A stretch of DNA of 64,000 nt from Escherichia phage 121Q. The position numbers and the translations under genes are program-made. The stretch lies in the sequence record NC_025447.1; one strand, given 5' to 3'. Positions 12,097 to 23,253 of this stretch are shown here, in pieces; position 1 is the stretch's first letter; each line of letters starts with the position of its first letter. The notes under the pieces are model-generated. The model did not search any database and was not told the DNA's origin. It worked only from the letters and a program-made list of their open reading frames with translations.

Positions 12097-12498
12097 ATGA
12101 AAAAGAATGACTTGATCAAAATGCTCCAAGAGATTGACGGCAATCCAGAGATTGTTATTTGGAATGGCTATGTCGATGATTATATGAACATCGAAAAAGG
12201 CTTGACTAAAATCACACTAGTCAAAGAAACTGAACAGTTCCTTCTGAACGCATTAGAGCATGAATGGTGCGAACGTAACAAGACATTCGACATTCCAGAA
12301 GACCAACGAACTAAGATTGCAGAACGTGCTAAAGAACTTCATAAGAAGCGTGAATACGATTTCCAGAACCCATATGTTACTGAAGAAGAATTCAATCGCT
12401 GGTACGGAAAAAGAAAGTTGACAAAGTATGTTCTTTCACCTAAACTACGTGGTAAGACTTCTCTTGGTGTATTCAATGCATCTGACTTAGATTACTAA
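12097..12498 (+). CDS. hypothetical protein (paralog of 13138-13353)
   Basis: ORF track; N-terminus MKKNDLIKMLQEIDGNPEIVIW resembles MKAKDLISILQKNPEADILIH. Confidence 0.45.
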   Translation: MKKNDLIKMLQEIDGNPEIVIWNGYVDDYMNIEKGLTKITLVKETEQFLLNALEHEWCERNKTFDIPEDQRTKIAERAKELHKKREYDFQNPYVTEEEFNRWYGKRKLTKYVLSPKLRGKTSLGVFNASDLDY

Positions 12499-12508
12499 GG
12501 AAAACAAA

Positions 12509-12829
12509 ATGATGTGGTATTCAAATGTACCGTGTGAACCTAAATATATTCAGATTTCACATAATGCACTGAAAGCGTTCTGTGATAATTGCAGTACTAA
12601 AGATTATCACTTCGAAGACTTCAGAACGTTGATTTATGACCATCACTGTCAGCCAGCAACCAAAGATGGTATGTTTGTAATTGAACAATTCTTTCATGGT
12701 AAGGTATTGCAAATTGTTGCTGATTATCTGAAAGCAATGGGATATATTATCAAAGATGATTATCTTGATTTAGAAGGTGAATGCATTGTTGATGGTTATG
12801 ATGGTGTACTGATGAATTGGACATGGTGA
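12509..12829 (+). CDS. hypothetical protein
   Basis: ORF track. Confidence 0.45.
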   Translation: MMWYSNVPCEPKYIQISHNALKAFCDNCSTKDYHFEDFRTLIYDHHCQPATKDGMFVIEQFFHGKVLQIVADYLKAMGYIIKDDYLDLEGECIVDGYDGVLMNWTW

Positions 12830-12833
12830 TGAA

Positions 12834-13136
12834 ATGATTGCAACAATGATGATTGTACTTATCCCAATAGTACTAGTAATTCTAGTGACTTCATATGGTG
12901 CAACCACAACTATTGAAGATCTAAAAACACATTACGCTATCGTCTTTAGTGAAGCACATGAAGACTTTGGTACAGTACTGACCGATAAGACTTATATTGC
13001 AACTAAATGTAAGTACTACCGATTCTGGGAACGTTCTGACAAATACCACTACAGAGATGAGAAAGGCGTGAATCAGTACTTAGACGTACTGGATGCATTC
13101 TTGAAACCTTACTATACAGTAACCGAGGTAAAATAA
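12834..13136 (+). CDS. hypothetical protein with N-terminal transmembrane segment
   Basis: ORF track; hydrophobic N-terminus. Confidence 0.4.
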   Translation: MIATMMIVLIPIVLVILVTSYGATTTIEDLKTHYAIVFSEAHEDFGTVLTDKTYIATKCKYYRFWERSDKYHYRDEKGVNQYLDVLDAFLKPYYTVTEVK

Positions 13137-13137
13137 C

Positions 13138-13353
13138 GTGAAAGCTAAAGATTTGATTTCAATTTTACAGAAAAACCCAGAAGCAGATATTCTTATTCAT
13201 GCTTCGCCTTATGATGACTATGCGATTGGTAGTTGCGAAACTGCTCATTCATATCAAGCAGGGGACACCGCTGTTGAAGAGTCTGGTGAAGATTTTTCGG
13301 AATCATTTGATGAAGATGGAAAACTCTTAGTACCAGTCATCATTCTCTCATAA
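13138..13353 (+). CDS. hypothetical protein (paralog of 12097-12498)
   Basis: ORF track; likely GTG start. Confidence 0.4.
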   Translation: MKAKDLISILQKNPEADILIHASPYDDYAIGSCETAHSYQAGDTAVEESGEDFSESFDEDGKLLVPVIILS

Positions 13354-13360
13354 AAGAACG

Positions 13361-13393
<33 letters not shown>

Positions 13394-13442
13394 CAGGGGA
13401 GGTTGTAATTCCCGATTCAGTAGCTTTTTAAGCTGTTCCGTG

Positions 13443-13543
<101 letters not shown>

Positions 13544-13562
13544 AGAGGTACTTCGAGTATGC

Positions 13563-13629
<67 letters not shown>

Positions 13630-13704
13630 TAATTGACATAACTTTGAATGGAGTGTATTATGTTCCAAGAAGAAAACTGGGGTTTTTAACATAACGGGGA
13701 ATGT

Positions 13705-13750
<46 letters not shown>

Positions 13751-13755
13751 GTGCT

Positions 13756-13794
<39 letters not shown>

Positions 13795-13795
13795 A

Positions 13796-13837
<42 letters not shown>

Positions 13838-13838
13838 G

Positions 13839-13889
<51 letters not shown>

Positions 13890-13895
13890 TAATTA

Positions 13896-13968
13896 GCCGA
13901 CTTAGCTCAGTAGGTAGAGCGTTCCTCTTGTAAGGGAAATGTCACCAGTTCAATTCCGGTAGTCGGCA
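13896..13968 (+). tRNA. tRNA-Thr (anticodon TGT) candidate
   Basis: Acceptor GCCGACT/AGTCGGC, D-arm GCTC-AGTAGGTAG-AGCG, anticodon loop CTTGTAA, T-loop TTCAATT; one T-stem mismatch. Confidence 0.65.
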
Positions 13969-13980
13969 CAAAATAAAGGT

Positions 13981-14421
<441 letters not shown>

Positions 14422-14429
<8 letters not shown>

Positions 14430-14787
14430 TCTAATAGTACGTATAATGCAAGATGTTTGTAATAACCTTTATACAGGCAATTTTGACGATCCGAACATAA
14501 AAATATTATGTTATGATGGTTTTACAATGGTACATCCAGCCTATTCAAATAATATCTACGTAGCATATACAGGTGAAAATCTATTGTATCAATTTGATAT
14601 ATATAGTACAATGACAAAGATAATTTTGGATGCATCTAAACCAGCAATCTTTATTGCTTCTCATGATTACCATTACACGGAAGAATCACTATTTCAGTAC
14701 TCAATGATTAATGACATTGGTGGGTTGACATTGGATGAGGTTAATGCTATACTAGCTGTCTCACGTTTGGTTAAAACCCACAATTAG
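14422..14787 (+). CDS. hypothetical protein, EExFFQxST-motif family
   Basis: ORF track; product contains EESLFQYSMINDIGGLT. Confidence 0.45.
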
Positions 14788-14987
14788 GAGATTCATATGT
14801 TCTGGAATTTATTATGCTTGTTTGGTCGCACATTAGTACTTGCAATTATTCATACACCTGGCATTCGTAATTATGTTTCTTATGAATTTAAGAAAGATTA
14901 TCACAACGGTACTGAAGTACGTGCCACTAAAATGTGCAAAGACTTCAATGTATCCGTTCCTCCATTTAAGAAGTACGAGGATGAATA

Positions 14988-15272
14988 ATGGAATTCATTG
15001 TTGCACCTGATGAACTTAAAACATTCACGTTCAGAGATAATAATAATTATCCTTATACAAATCATTCATTGAATTCATTACATGTTATTTCAATCATTGC
15101 ATCTGAATATAGAGATAATCCATGTATTGATTTTAAAACCACTGATGGTGAATATACATGGGTGATCCCAAAAGATAAATATAGTTATCAAGGGGCAGTA
15201 GATATTCGTGACTCGATTCTAAAACAAATCGAAGATGGAAATACTCATCCTAAACTAAAAACTCAGTACTGA
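14988..15272 (+). CDS. hypothetical protein
   Basis: ORF track. Confidence 0.4.
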   Translation: MEFIVAPDELKTFTFRDNNNYPYTNHSLNSLHVISIIASEYRDNPCIDFKTTDGEYTWVIPKDKYSYQGAVDIRDSILKQIEDGNTHPKLKTQY

Positions 15273-15427
15273 AATCGTTTAACCCGATAGCTTCTAGTCA
15301 GTACTGATTCCTCCTTATGTATAGAAGCTATCACTTTTTACGTATAATGATATTACCCTCAAATTCATTATATTCGTTACCCTCTAACAGTATCTTTTTA
15401 TTCCTCTTGGATGCTGTAATTTAGAAG

Positions 15428-15487
15428 TTGACATTTTAACTTCTTATATGTTATACTTAAGGCTGATTCAATGAATCGGCCTTTTTT
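15428..15487 (+). promoter_or_regulatory. promoter-like TTGACA element followed by terminator-like hairpin (GGCTGATTCA/TGAATCGGCC + T-run)
   Basis: Hexamer and hairpin read directly; immediately upstream of ORF 15497. Confidence 0.35.
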
Positions 15488-15496
15488 CTTATATAG

Positions 15497-15925
15497 GTGA
15501 ATGCAATGAGTTATTTGTTTACTTTAATTGATAAGTATGTTGACATTGTATACCGTCAAGTTTGTAGTGATACGTTTGAAACAAAAAACCCAATTAGAGA
15601 TGGAATTTTTGATGTTGCCGTTGGATCATTTTTGAATGGGTACACCGAGTCATTATACAACAGTAATAATATTTTTATTTCAGTTCAATCAAGGCATACA
15701 TCAGACTATGCTGTTAGCATTGATATTTGGGAAAATAATATAGAAATAGACATAACGGAACATACTAACATTTGTGTTGATGATACATTTAATCAATTAA
15801 CTGAAGAAATGTACTTGCAGTTGAATTTTGTACATGATCTTACAAATATCAGTTATGATACATTAAGGAAAATATGTTTTCTTAGTGGGGTGATTCGTAG
15901 TAATATGAGTAAGTATGGGAAGTGA
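15497..15925 (+). CDS. hypothetical protein, EExFFQxST-motif family
   Basis: ORF track; product contains EEMYLQLNFVHDL. Confidence 0.45.
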   Translation: MNAMSYLFTLIDKYVDIVYRQVCSDTFETKNPIRDGIFDVAVGSFLNGYTESLYNSNNIFISVQSRHTSDYAVSIDIWENNIEIDITEHTNICVDDTFNQLTEEMYLQLNFVHDLTNISYDTLRKICFLSGVIRSNMSKYGK

Positions 15926-16343
15926 AATGTTAAAAATTCCACCTAAGTCGTTAACACATCTTATTGAATGTGGTGTAATATTTTCCGAAGGTGATACCTC
16001 ATCATACACATCGGTCGATGAACCTTATAATTTTTCATACCAATCTTATAAAAATAATTCTAAAATTTCTTGTAGAGAGGCTGAAAACATATTAATAGAT
16101 GTTTCGTTACATAATGTTCCGAAATTTTACATTGATATCTTTGGTGATTCTTTGACAATTCGAACATATGATTATTTTATTAACAAAGACCTCTTGAATC
16201 TTCCAATTGAACATGATAGTATAGATTCAGAACTTTTCTTTCAACTATCAACTGTTTATGATTTACAGGGTTTAACTGTTGAACAGTTGAATGGTATTTT
16301 TGAGATTTCACGAAACATACGAAGCAGGAACACAAATGTCTAA
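15915..16343 (+). CDS. hypothetical protein, EExFFQxST-motif family
   Basis: ORF track; product contains SELFFQLSTVYDLQGLT. Confidence 0.45.
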   Translation: MGSEMLKIPPKSLTHLIECGVIFSEGDTSSYTSVDEPYNFSYQSYKNNSKISCREAENILIDVSLHNVPKFYIDIFGDSLTIRTYDYFINKDLLNLPIEHDSIDSELFFQLSTVYDLQGLTVEQLNGIFEISRNIRSRNTNV

Positions 16344-16746
16344 TATTTTAAATGAAAAAACAGTTGATGTTGCTATTGGCGTTCTTAACACCGCAACTTC
16401 ATTTCAGAAGAAACACAGTGTTGTATACTTTGGTGAAGATTGTTGGCTGAACTATACTAATAATTCGTTTATAATTCGTGTAGAGGCTGATGATATTGGA
16501 TTAACCGTTCAGGTAGGATATACCAAAACTGGTAAACAAATCACTGTCATTGTCGATAAACTTACGTCTTCTTTTTATGATAGTATAAATGATTGTGAAC
16601 ACTATAGTTCAACATTTTATGATACCGAAGAAGAACATTTTATGGATAGTACTGTTAAAGAGTTAGCTATTCCATATAATCTAATGAAAGCCGTGAGTGA
16701 TTTAATTTTAAAATATAAAAAAATAGGAGTTACTAATGCAATTTAA
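16336..16746 (+). CDS. hypothetical protein, EExFFQxST-motif family
   Basis: ATG at 16336 (MSNILNEK...) overlapping upstream stop; product contains EEEHFMDSTV. Confidence 0.45.
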   Translation: MSNILNEKTVDVAIGVLNTATSFQKKHSVVYFGEDCWLNYTNNSFIIRVEADDIGLTVQVGYTKTGKQITVIVDKLTSSFYDSINDCEHYSSTFYDTEEEHFMDSTVKELAIPYNLMKAVSDLILKYKKIGVTNAI

Positions 16747-17182
16747 TGGTAAAGTTTCCAAAGTAGGTTTGGTTTTTGAAAACTGTGAATTTGTTGATAT
16801 TGATGTAAAGAATGTTTTATGGATGCATATTGCTGATGAGAAGACTCTTTGTAGCCGTTTTTCAAACGGACTGACAATTAGTACTGTTATCGGTGAGTTT
16901 GGTATTGCTTTACGCAGCAATACACCATCTGATTTCATGGATAACTCTACATTGTTGGAACGTTTGAAAATGCGTGACGTGACACACGTTTATCTTTATG
17001 ATACTAACGGTGTTATTCAACGTTATGTAGTCGAATGGGCTGATTACAACCTTAATGGGCAATATTCAGTTAACCAGCGTGTTCAACTAACGCCCGGTGG
17101 AAATATTGTGTTTGTTAGTTCAACTGGCAAATTAATCAGTGTAGATGATAAAAACATTGACCTATTCACAGCATATAACTAA
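16736..17182 (+). CDS. hypothetical protein
   Basis: ORF track. Confidence 0.45.
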   Translation: MQFNGKVSKVGLVFENCEFVDIDVKNVLWMHIADEKTLCSRFSNGLTISTVIGEFGIALRSNTPSDFMDNSTLLERLKMRDVTHVYLYDTNGVIQRYVVEWADYNLNGQYSVNQRVQLTPGGNIVFVSSTGKLISVDDKNIDLFTAYN

Positions 17183-17193
17183 TACGAGCTTCT

Positions 17194-17613
17194 ATGAAAA
17201 CAATCAAAATTCATTTCAAAGACACTTGGACAGAAGTAAGTACTGGTAATATTCAGGATATTTTATATAGTACTGAAACTATTCATGTTTATGATGAAGA
17301 AACTGGTGCCGAGCAGTTAAAAGTTTTGCATCGTAGTGTTGGTGAGCACACTGAATATGGAATTAAACATACTCGTGAATTACTTAATACTAATCACATT
17401 GAAACCCGTAAAGCAAACTTATCAAAAGAAGAAATGTTTGATTTCATCCTGAACCATAAAGTTCATATTGAACCTGATGGGTCGATATGGGAGAACACTG
17501 CTGGACAAAAAGTGCTGAAAAAATATCATGTTTCTATTGATAATGTAAAAATGTCAGGGTATGATTTGGAAGATGCAATTAATGAATATGTATCTAGGCA
17601 GAGGGCAAATTGA
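17194..17613 (+). CDS. hypothetical protein
   Basis: ORF track. Confidence 0.45.
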   Translation: MKTIKIHFKDTWTEVSTGNIQDILYSTETIHVYDEETGAEQLKVLHRSVGEHTEYGIKHTRELLNTNHIETRKANLSKEEMFDFILNHKVHIEPDGSIWENTAGQKVLKKYHVSIDNVKMSGYDLEDAINEYVSRQRAN

Positions 17614-17984
17614 TGAGCTTGATCACATTTACAATTATTTGTTGCATTACTATTGTACTTTGTCGCCTGATTCATGTATACTCATATCATAAAGCGTTGC
17701 GAATCGAACAAGAGATTTACAACGAAAACCGAGAACCAGAACCAGTCAAGAAGCCACCTTCCCCTTATGGGTTGAAACGTGAGATGCATTCTCAAAGTAA
17801 AAAGTGGGGTTATGCAATTACTAAAAATGGCTACATCTACACTGCAAGTAATGGTTATTTTCAAATTCACCACGAATTAGAAGTGGCAGTTCAAATTTTG
17901 TGGGAGATGGAGGACATTGGTGGTTATGAGCGTACTAAGTTTGAATTCATATCAAATGATCCAGGAACTTCACGAGAAACATGA
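17610..17984 (+). CDS. hypothetical protein with N-terminal transmembrane helix
   Basis: ORF track; ATGA overlap. Confidence 0.4.
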   Translation: MMSLITFTIICCITIVLCRLIHVYSYHKALRIEQEIYNENREPEPVKKPPSPYGLKREMHSQSKKWGYAITKNGYIYTASNGYFQIHHELEVAVQILWEMEDIGGYERTKFEFISNDPGTSRET

Positions 17985-18129
17985 TATAATTGTTGATGTG
18001 GAGAAGAAGGAAGTCGTTATGAAAACGCAAGCATATAGAATTTTAGAAGACTTCCATCTAAAAGCATTTATAATGAAGTTCTGTACAGATGAACATCTTA
18101 CCGGACGAGTAATACGTAAGGAGTTGTAA

Positions 18130-18471
18130 ATGAACTTAAGTTCAACAATTCAGTACTTGAGCAGTAACTTCGAGAAAATTATTTCTCGCGGTGGGATGAT
18201 TGTACACCCAGAAACAGAGGAAATGTACATCATTGGATTTGATAAAAATTCTTATGATCAAGTACTTGTAATTTCCAAGTTAGAAAGTTATAATGAAGTT
18301 GTTCAGTTTTGCTGTACCGAATTTGGTATCTATATTAAAGACGCTGAAACTAATACAATTTCGCATTATTTTTACCACACACTGATGGGTACTAAAGATT
18401 TCGGATTGAAGTTCAATGATTTAGTACAATGTCACTATATGTTTAAAACCTTCCCAGCTAGTGGGCACTAA
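18130..18471 (+). CDS. hypothetical protein
   Basis: ORF track. Confidence 0.45.
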   Translation: MNLSSTIQYLSSNFEKIISRGGMIVHPETEEMYIIGFDKNSYDQVLVISKLESYNEVVQFCCTEFGIYIKDAETNTISHYFYHTLMGTKDFGLKFNDLVQCHYMFKTFPASGH

Positions 18472-18484
18472 GGAGTATATCAAT

Positions 18485-19273
18485 ATGAGCAACATTTTCT
18501 TCAAAACTATTTCTTTCAAAAAAGCATCTTACTCCTACGCCTACGTTGATGGTAAAGTGCTTAATATTGTACTGGATGGTGTTGATGTACCAGTTGAATT
18601 TAAAACACATGAAGAAGCAGTTGAAGGTGCTAAAGAATTGAATTCAATTCTTAATGGTGAAGTAAGTCAAAAACAAAATGTAAAATCTGATTTAGATGTA
18701 CTTTTGGAAAAAATCAAAACTGGTGAAGTATTAGAAATTTTAGACAACTGTAATGAAAAACTTCGTAATGTAGTTAATAATGTTCGTGACCAGATTCAAG
18801 AAAAAGCACTAGAGCAAGCATTCAAACATGTATCCAAGAATGCTGAATCTCGTATTGATGGTATGGTTAAAAATCTTGATGATGTACTATCCCATCTCTT
18901 TACTAAAGAATACGAACAAGAAGTTGAAGAAGAACCAGTAAAAGAAACCAAAAAAGAAAAACGTAGCTTTGGTTCAGGTGATGATGTGTTTGGCTTTACG
19001 AATGTCCGAACAAGTGCAGATGAACCAAAAGAAATTAGTGAGATGCTCATTGGTGACATGACAACTAAGCAGCTTCGTAATGAAATTGACAAGTTTGTAA
19101 CTAGTTGTATCAAATCAGAACGTGCACAAAGTATGTTTAAAAGCATTAGTGAGAACTTTGGTCCAGAAGCAACTGAGCAGGCACTAACTGCATTTAAAGA
19201 ATTGATTTATAATGTAGCCATTAGCAATCCAGATAAAACACTTGAAGAAGTTCTACGTGACAATTTCAAATAA
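18485..19273 (+). CDS. hypothetical protein
   Basis: ATG at 18485 after AAGGAG RBS; track ORF 18461-19273. Confidence 0.5.
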   Translation: MSNIFFKTISFKKASYSYAYVDGKVLNIVLDGVDVPVEFKTHEEAVEGAKELNSILNGEVSQKQNVKSDLDVLLEKIKTGEVLEILDNCNEKLRNVVNNVRDQIQEKALEQAFKHVSKNAESRIDGMVKNLDDVLSHLFTKEYEQEVEEEPVKETKKEKRSFGSGDDVFGFTNVRTSADEPKEISEMLIGDMTTKQLRNEIDKFVTSCIKSERAQSMFKSISENFGPEATEQALTAFKELIYNVAISNPDKTLEEVLRDNFK

Positions 19274-19286
19274 TTAGATAAAATTA

Positions 19287-19315
19287 AAGCCACTACAATG
19301 TAGTGGCTTTTTTTA
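19287..19315. terminator. bidirectional rho-independent terminator
   Basis: Hairpin GCCACTAC/GTAGTGGC flanked by A-run upstream and T-run downstream; sits between convergent genes. Confidence 0.6.
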
Positions 19316-20470
19316 TTATGCGTTGTAACCAACTATTACGACTGAGCAGTCAAGCGGTTCTACTACTTTTAAAATCACATTATCATCTTCATCCACTTGT
19401 ATTTCGCTATGAACTACATGATTGTCTGAAGAATATAATTGAACTTGTGGTAGTGCTTTACCATGTTCAGTTACTGGAACTGAGATAGAGTACATAGAGT
19501 CTTCACCGAGAACCCACTCACTTAAAGTATATTCTTTATGGAAAGGAGTAGTATGCAGTGTTTTTCCGATTATACTCAAAGAAACAGGTAAATTATCAGT
19601 TTGATACACAGTAATATTACCTTCTGCGTCTACAGAAAGATCTACACCAACTTGATATAAGTCACCACTGTATGCTTGAAGTGCTAAGTACTGTCCACGA
19701 TCATGAACATCAAATGGAACAACCGCAGAAAATACACCTTCCGAAACAGGTTCAAATTGGGATAGAAGAACTGATGTAACAAAATCAATATCCTCACCAC
19801 TTTCAAGAACATCAAATTCCACCACTTTAGTGTTATAATATGGAGAAGTGAGCGTAGCAGTACCTTTCCCTGATTGTGTGATAACATCAACTGGAATTGT
19901 AAATGCATCATTAACAAATTGGGTAGTAAAGTATTCTGTCCCGTCTGGTAATACGATTGTTATTACCATACCGTTAGTATCAATTTCTGAACCAGTGTTG
20001 AATAATTTACCACTAATTGAGTCATTACCAACAAATACTGGTGAAATGAGAATATTATCTATATCACGATCTATAATACCACATTCAGGTGTATACATAT
20101 GATACAAGGTTTGTGAACTACCTAAAATTGTTTTATGTAGCATGAATTTATATACAAATCCAGTATCAGTTTCTTGTGGCTCTTCGGAATATCCACGAAC
20201 AAAGAAACAATTTTTATTAATTTCACTTAATAGTTGGTCATTAGTTTTATTGTAATTTAATAGATAACCTTTATTATCTTTAGTTGTTATTTGTACTTTA
20301 CGATATATTATATTAGTTCTGGGATCAACTAAATCATATAATCTATGGCTTCTTTGGCGATAGATTCTAATATTTTTTAGTCTAGTTCCATCGTTGAGGA
20401 TTGCACCATCAACAACATAACCACATTCACCAAACTTATAGCGTCCAGCCGCAGCAATTGACCTTGACAT
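19316..20470 (-). CDS. hypothetical protein (384 aa), lone minus-strand gene
   Basis: Long ORF; GGAGGG RBS 5 nt upstream of ATG; AATAAATA late-promoter-like motif upstream on minus strand. Confidence 0.55.
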   Translation of the reverse strand: MSRSIAAAGRYKFGECGYVVDGAILNDGTRLKNIRIYRQRSHRLYDLVDPRTNIIYRKVQITTKDNKGYLLNYNKTNDQLLSEINKNCFFVRGYSEEPQETDTGFVYKFMLHKTILGSSQTLYHMYTPECGIIDRDIDNILISPVFVGNDSISGKLFNTGSEIDTNGMVITIVLPDGTEYFTTQFVNDAFTIPVDVITQSGKGTATLTSPYYNTKVVEFDVLESGEDIDFVTSVLLSQFEPVSEGVFSAVVPFDVHDRGQYLALQAYSGDLYQVGVDLSVDAEGNITVYQTDNLPVSLSIIGKTLHTTPFHKEYTLSEWVLGEDSMYSISVPVTEHGKALPQVQLYSSDNHVVHSEIQVDEDDNVILKVVEPLDCSVVIVGYNA

Positions 20471-20586
20471 TTATCCCTCCATTGGTATAATTATTATAAC
20501 GTATTTATTATGCATATCCAAAAAATGAGCTTGACTGGTGTATGATTTGGTGTTATCATGTAGTGAATGAATAATGAGGTGTTTTT

Positions 20587-21171
20587 ATGAATGTTATTGA
20601 TAATAGATTAGTACTGAAAAATGGAAAAATGACTGTTAAGTTATATAAAGATGAAGCAGATTCTTTCATGGCAAAAGCGATTGAAAAATCAGAACGATAT
20701 AAACTTTTGGCTCCAGCCAGTAAATCGCCATATGGTTTTAATCATGCACATAGTCATTTTGTTGGTATGGTATGTGAGCACGCATCTTTAGTACTTTTTA
20801 ATGAAATTGAAAACAATACTGGTATTAAACTTAATATCGATCCAGCATTCCAAAATGAAGCACGTGACGGTGAATGTGATATTAAGGTAAACAACCTTCG
20901 TATTGAAGTAAAAGGTATCAAGTATAAATCATGGACTGACTTTGGACCATGTGTTAGTACTCGACAGTTAAAAAATATCCAGAAAAAAGCTGACGTAATA
21001 CTATGGGTATTGTATAATGAGAAAAAACAAGAGTTCACGTTTGAGGGATTCAACTATGTAAAAGATATTAGTTCTATCCCAGTTATCCTCACTGGTGTAC
21101 CAGGGCGACCAATGATTGAAAATCACCCAGTACTCGGTATTATGAAACCACTACAGGAGTTACCATTGTGA
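20587..21171 (+). CDS. hypothetical protein
   Basis: ORF track; TTGACT promoter-like element near 20529-20560. Confidence 0.5.
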   Translation: MNVIDNRLVLKNGKMTVKLYKDEADSFMAKAIEKSERYKLLAPASKSPYGFNHAHSHFVGMVCEHASLVLFNEIENNTGIKLNIDPAFQNEARDGECDIKVNNLRIEVKGIKYKSWTDFGPCVSTRQLKNIQKKADVILWVLYNEKKQEFTFEGFNYVKDISSIPVILTGVPGRPMIENHPVLGIMKPLQELPL

Positions 21172-21395
21172 TTACTGCAACTGTATATCAAGATATCAAT
21201 GAAGAATTTCATTCTAAAATTGCGTTCTTATCATTTCCTGTACTCCCAGCAGTTGGGTCAACGTTGAATCTTACCATTTGTGGTTTTGAGAAATATTATA
21301 AAGTACTAGATATTGAGTACTGTGCTGATGTATATTCATGTAATAGTGAAATTGCAATTCCAGTATCAATCGATATTATTGTAAAAGAGGTTTGA
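21168..21395 (+). CDS. hypothetical protein
   Basis: ORF track; ATGA overlap. Confidence 0.4.
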   Translation: MITATVYQDINEEFHSKIAFLSFPVLPAVGSTLNLTICGFEKYYKVLDIEYCADVYSCNSEIAIPVSIDIIVKEV

Positions 21396-21397
21396 TT

Positions 21398-21853
21398 ATG
21401 TTTAAGAATTTTATGGTTATCGTAGCAGTACTGTTTGGTACATCATGTTTCATTTCCCCAGTACACGCAGAAGAACAACGTCAAACTATTAAAACTATTG
21501 GGACTGGTAAAACTCCCCCTAAACGTACTGCTGAAGAATACATGCCTGAAATGCGTGAACGTTATCGTCAGACATACAGGGAAAAACATGCTAATGATAA
21601 ACCCATCAAGAAGCATAAATGGGAAGTTGTTAAATCTCCTTCATTTTGTGCTGGATATGCTAAAGTAAAGATTGAGCAGCACAAAAACCAGTACTATAAA
21701 GATATGTATTCCTTCTATGACTCCAGAATTTCTGACACAGATATGATGGCAGGGAAGGTTGATAAAGAAGAATTTCTACAAGGCTATGATATGATGGACG
21801 ATGACAAAATCATGGAATGCGTTGAAGTGTATGAAAAATACAGAGGCTTCTGA
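21398..21853 (+). CDS. hypothetical secreted protein (signal peptide)
   Basis: ATG after AAAGAGG; N-terminus MFKNFMVIVAVLFGTSCFISPVHA. Confidence 0.45.
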   Translation: MFKNFMVIVAVLFGTSCFISPVHAEEQRQTIKTIGTGKTPPKRTAEEYMPEMRERYRQTYREKHANDKPIKKHKWEVVKSPSFCAGYAKVKIEQHKNQYYKDMYSFYDSRISDTDMMAGKVDKEEFLQGYDMMDDDKIMECVEVYEKYRGF

Positions 21854-22329
21854 TGTTAACAATAGTGTTGTTGGTTAGTCCATTTGTGTATTTTGTGCTG
21901 TATAATATTTTTAGTAATGCTAATCATTTTAAATATGCACAAACAATTGCAAAGCATGAAGGTTTTTGGAATTTTTTCCCAGCATTACTATGCTCATATC
22001 TATACCATGAACGCTATTTCATTTTTCCTGAATATAAAAATTATGGTTATGATTCTAAAGTAAATGGTATAATTGAGTACTGTATAAGAAATTATATTAA
22101 TAATAATGATAACGTCCAAGTAAGAATAGGAAATGGTAATATATCAAGAATAGTTTTCATACCTGATATACAAGACCCAATATACTTATATCCATATGAT
22201 TATAGTATTAGTGTAGGTTGTTCGATACATGGTAGTAAATCTATGTACGATTATTTTATCTTACCACCAACACAAATTAGATTAATAGAAAAATATTTGA
22301 GGGAAAAGTTTGACAACAAAGATTCTTAG
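21853..22329 (+). CDS. hypothetical membrane protein
   Basis: ORF track; hydrophobic N-terminus. Confidence 0.4.
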   Translation: MLTIVLLVSPFVYFVLYNIFSNANHFKYAQTIAKHEGFWNFFPALLCSYLYHERYFIFPEYKNYGYDSKVNGIIEYCIRNYINNNDNVQVRIGNGNISRIVFIPDIQDPIYLYPYDYSISVGCSIHGSKSMYDYFILPPTQIRLIEKYLREKFDNKDS

Positions 22330-22370
22330 TATTATAATTAACACACCAAGTAACCCAAGGGGGATGGAAA

Positions 22371-22829
22371 ATGGATGTATTAGCTACAAATTTCAAACGT
22401 AACACAGAAGAGCGTGAAGGTTATTTGAGTATTAGTGAAGTTGTCGATGACAATTTTAAACAATACATTTTTAATAGTGCAATTAAATTAAAATGCACAA
22501 AAGATTCACCTGATCGTAGCTTTACTAAATGGATTGCGTATTGGGAAGATTCACCAGTTGCAATTGAAATGACTGTGATTACAACAGTACTTGAAACAGG
22601 TTACATCAAAGCCATTATAGTTGATAAGAAAGTCCGTACTCTTGATGAAATTAATCCATATACAGCCCGAAATTCTAAAGTTTTTGGTGTGTTGGTTGAT
22701 GGTAAATTTATGATAGAAAAAGATGCAAAGGAATATGTAATTAATAAACTTCAAACTACATCAGAAAAAAAGGAAGTAGTGGACCAAAACTCTGTTGATG
22801 CAATCAAAAAAGCATGGGGACTAAAGTAA
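22371..22829 (+). CDS. hypothetical protein
   Basis: ORF track; GGGGGA RBS-like upstream. Confidence 0.45.
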   Translation: MDVLATNFKRNTEEREGYLSISEVVDDNFKQYIFNSAIKLKCTKDSPDRSFTKWIAYWEDSPVAIEMTVITTVLETGYIKAIIVDKKVRTLDEINPYTARNSKVFGVLVDGKFMIEKDAKEYVINKLQTTSEKKEVVDQNSVDAIKKAWGLK

Positions 22830-22830
22830 T

Positions 22831-23253
22831 ATGTTCACACTAAGTAATGCAAAATATCTTTTTCTTATTAGTATTATTGGTTGGGTTATGGCTCCAGTGC
22901 TAAATGCACTGGGGTTTTCCGATGAACATAAACTTTTAAATGTTTCAGGTTTAATTCAGGGTATTTCATGGTATACATTAATTATATTTTCAGTGTGCAT
23001 CAATACATTTGCCCGTGATTATCGACGTTTGTTATATCTGAAAGTATTTGGAACTACACGATATAGTTTTGTTTACACTTTCATTTTAGTACCGTGTATG
23101 TTATATGCATTTGTATTTGATTACTATACATATCTATGGGTATGTGGAACTATGTTTGTTATGTTGGAATACATCAGAACTGTTCAAAACTCATATGCCG
23201 ATGAGTTTCATGATCTAGAAGTTAAACGAAAATTAACGGAGCTAAACAAATGA
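22831..23253 (+). CDS. hypothetical polytopic membrane protein
   Basis: ORF track; multiple hydrophobic segments. Confidence 0.45.
   Translation: MFTLSNAKYLFLISIIGWVMAPVLNALGFSDEHKLLNVSGLIQGISWYTLIIFSVCINTFARDYRRLLYLKVFGTTRYSFVYTFILVPCMLYAFVFDYYTYLWVCGTMFVMLEYIRTVQNSYADEFHDLEVKRKLTELNK

Noticed and set aside
20587-21171. Lysozyme (T4 e) for ORF 20587-21171
   Set aside because: Only the first few residues vaguely resemble T4 lysozyme (LKIYKD vs VKLYKD); the catalytic context is not recognisable.
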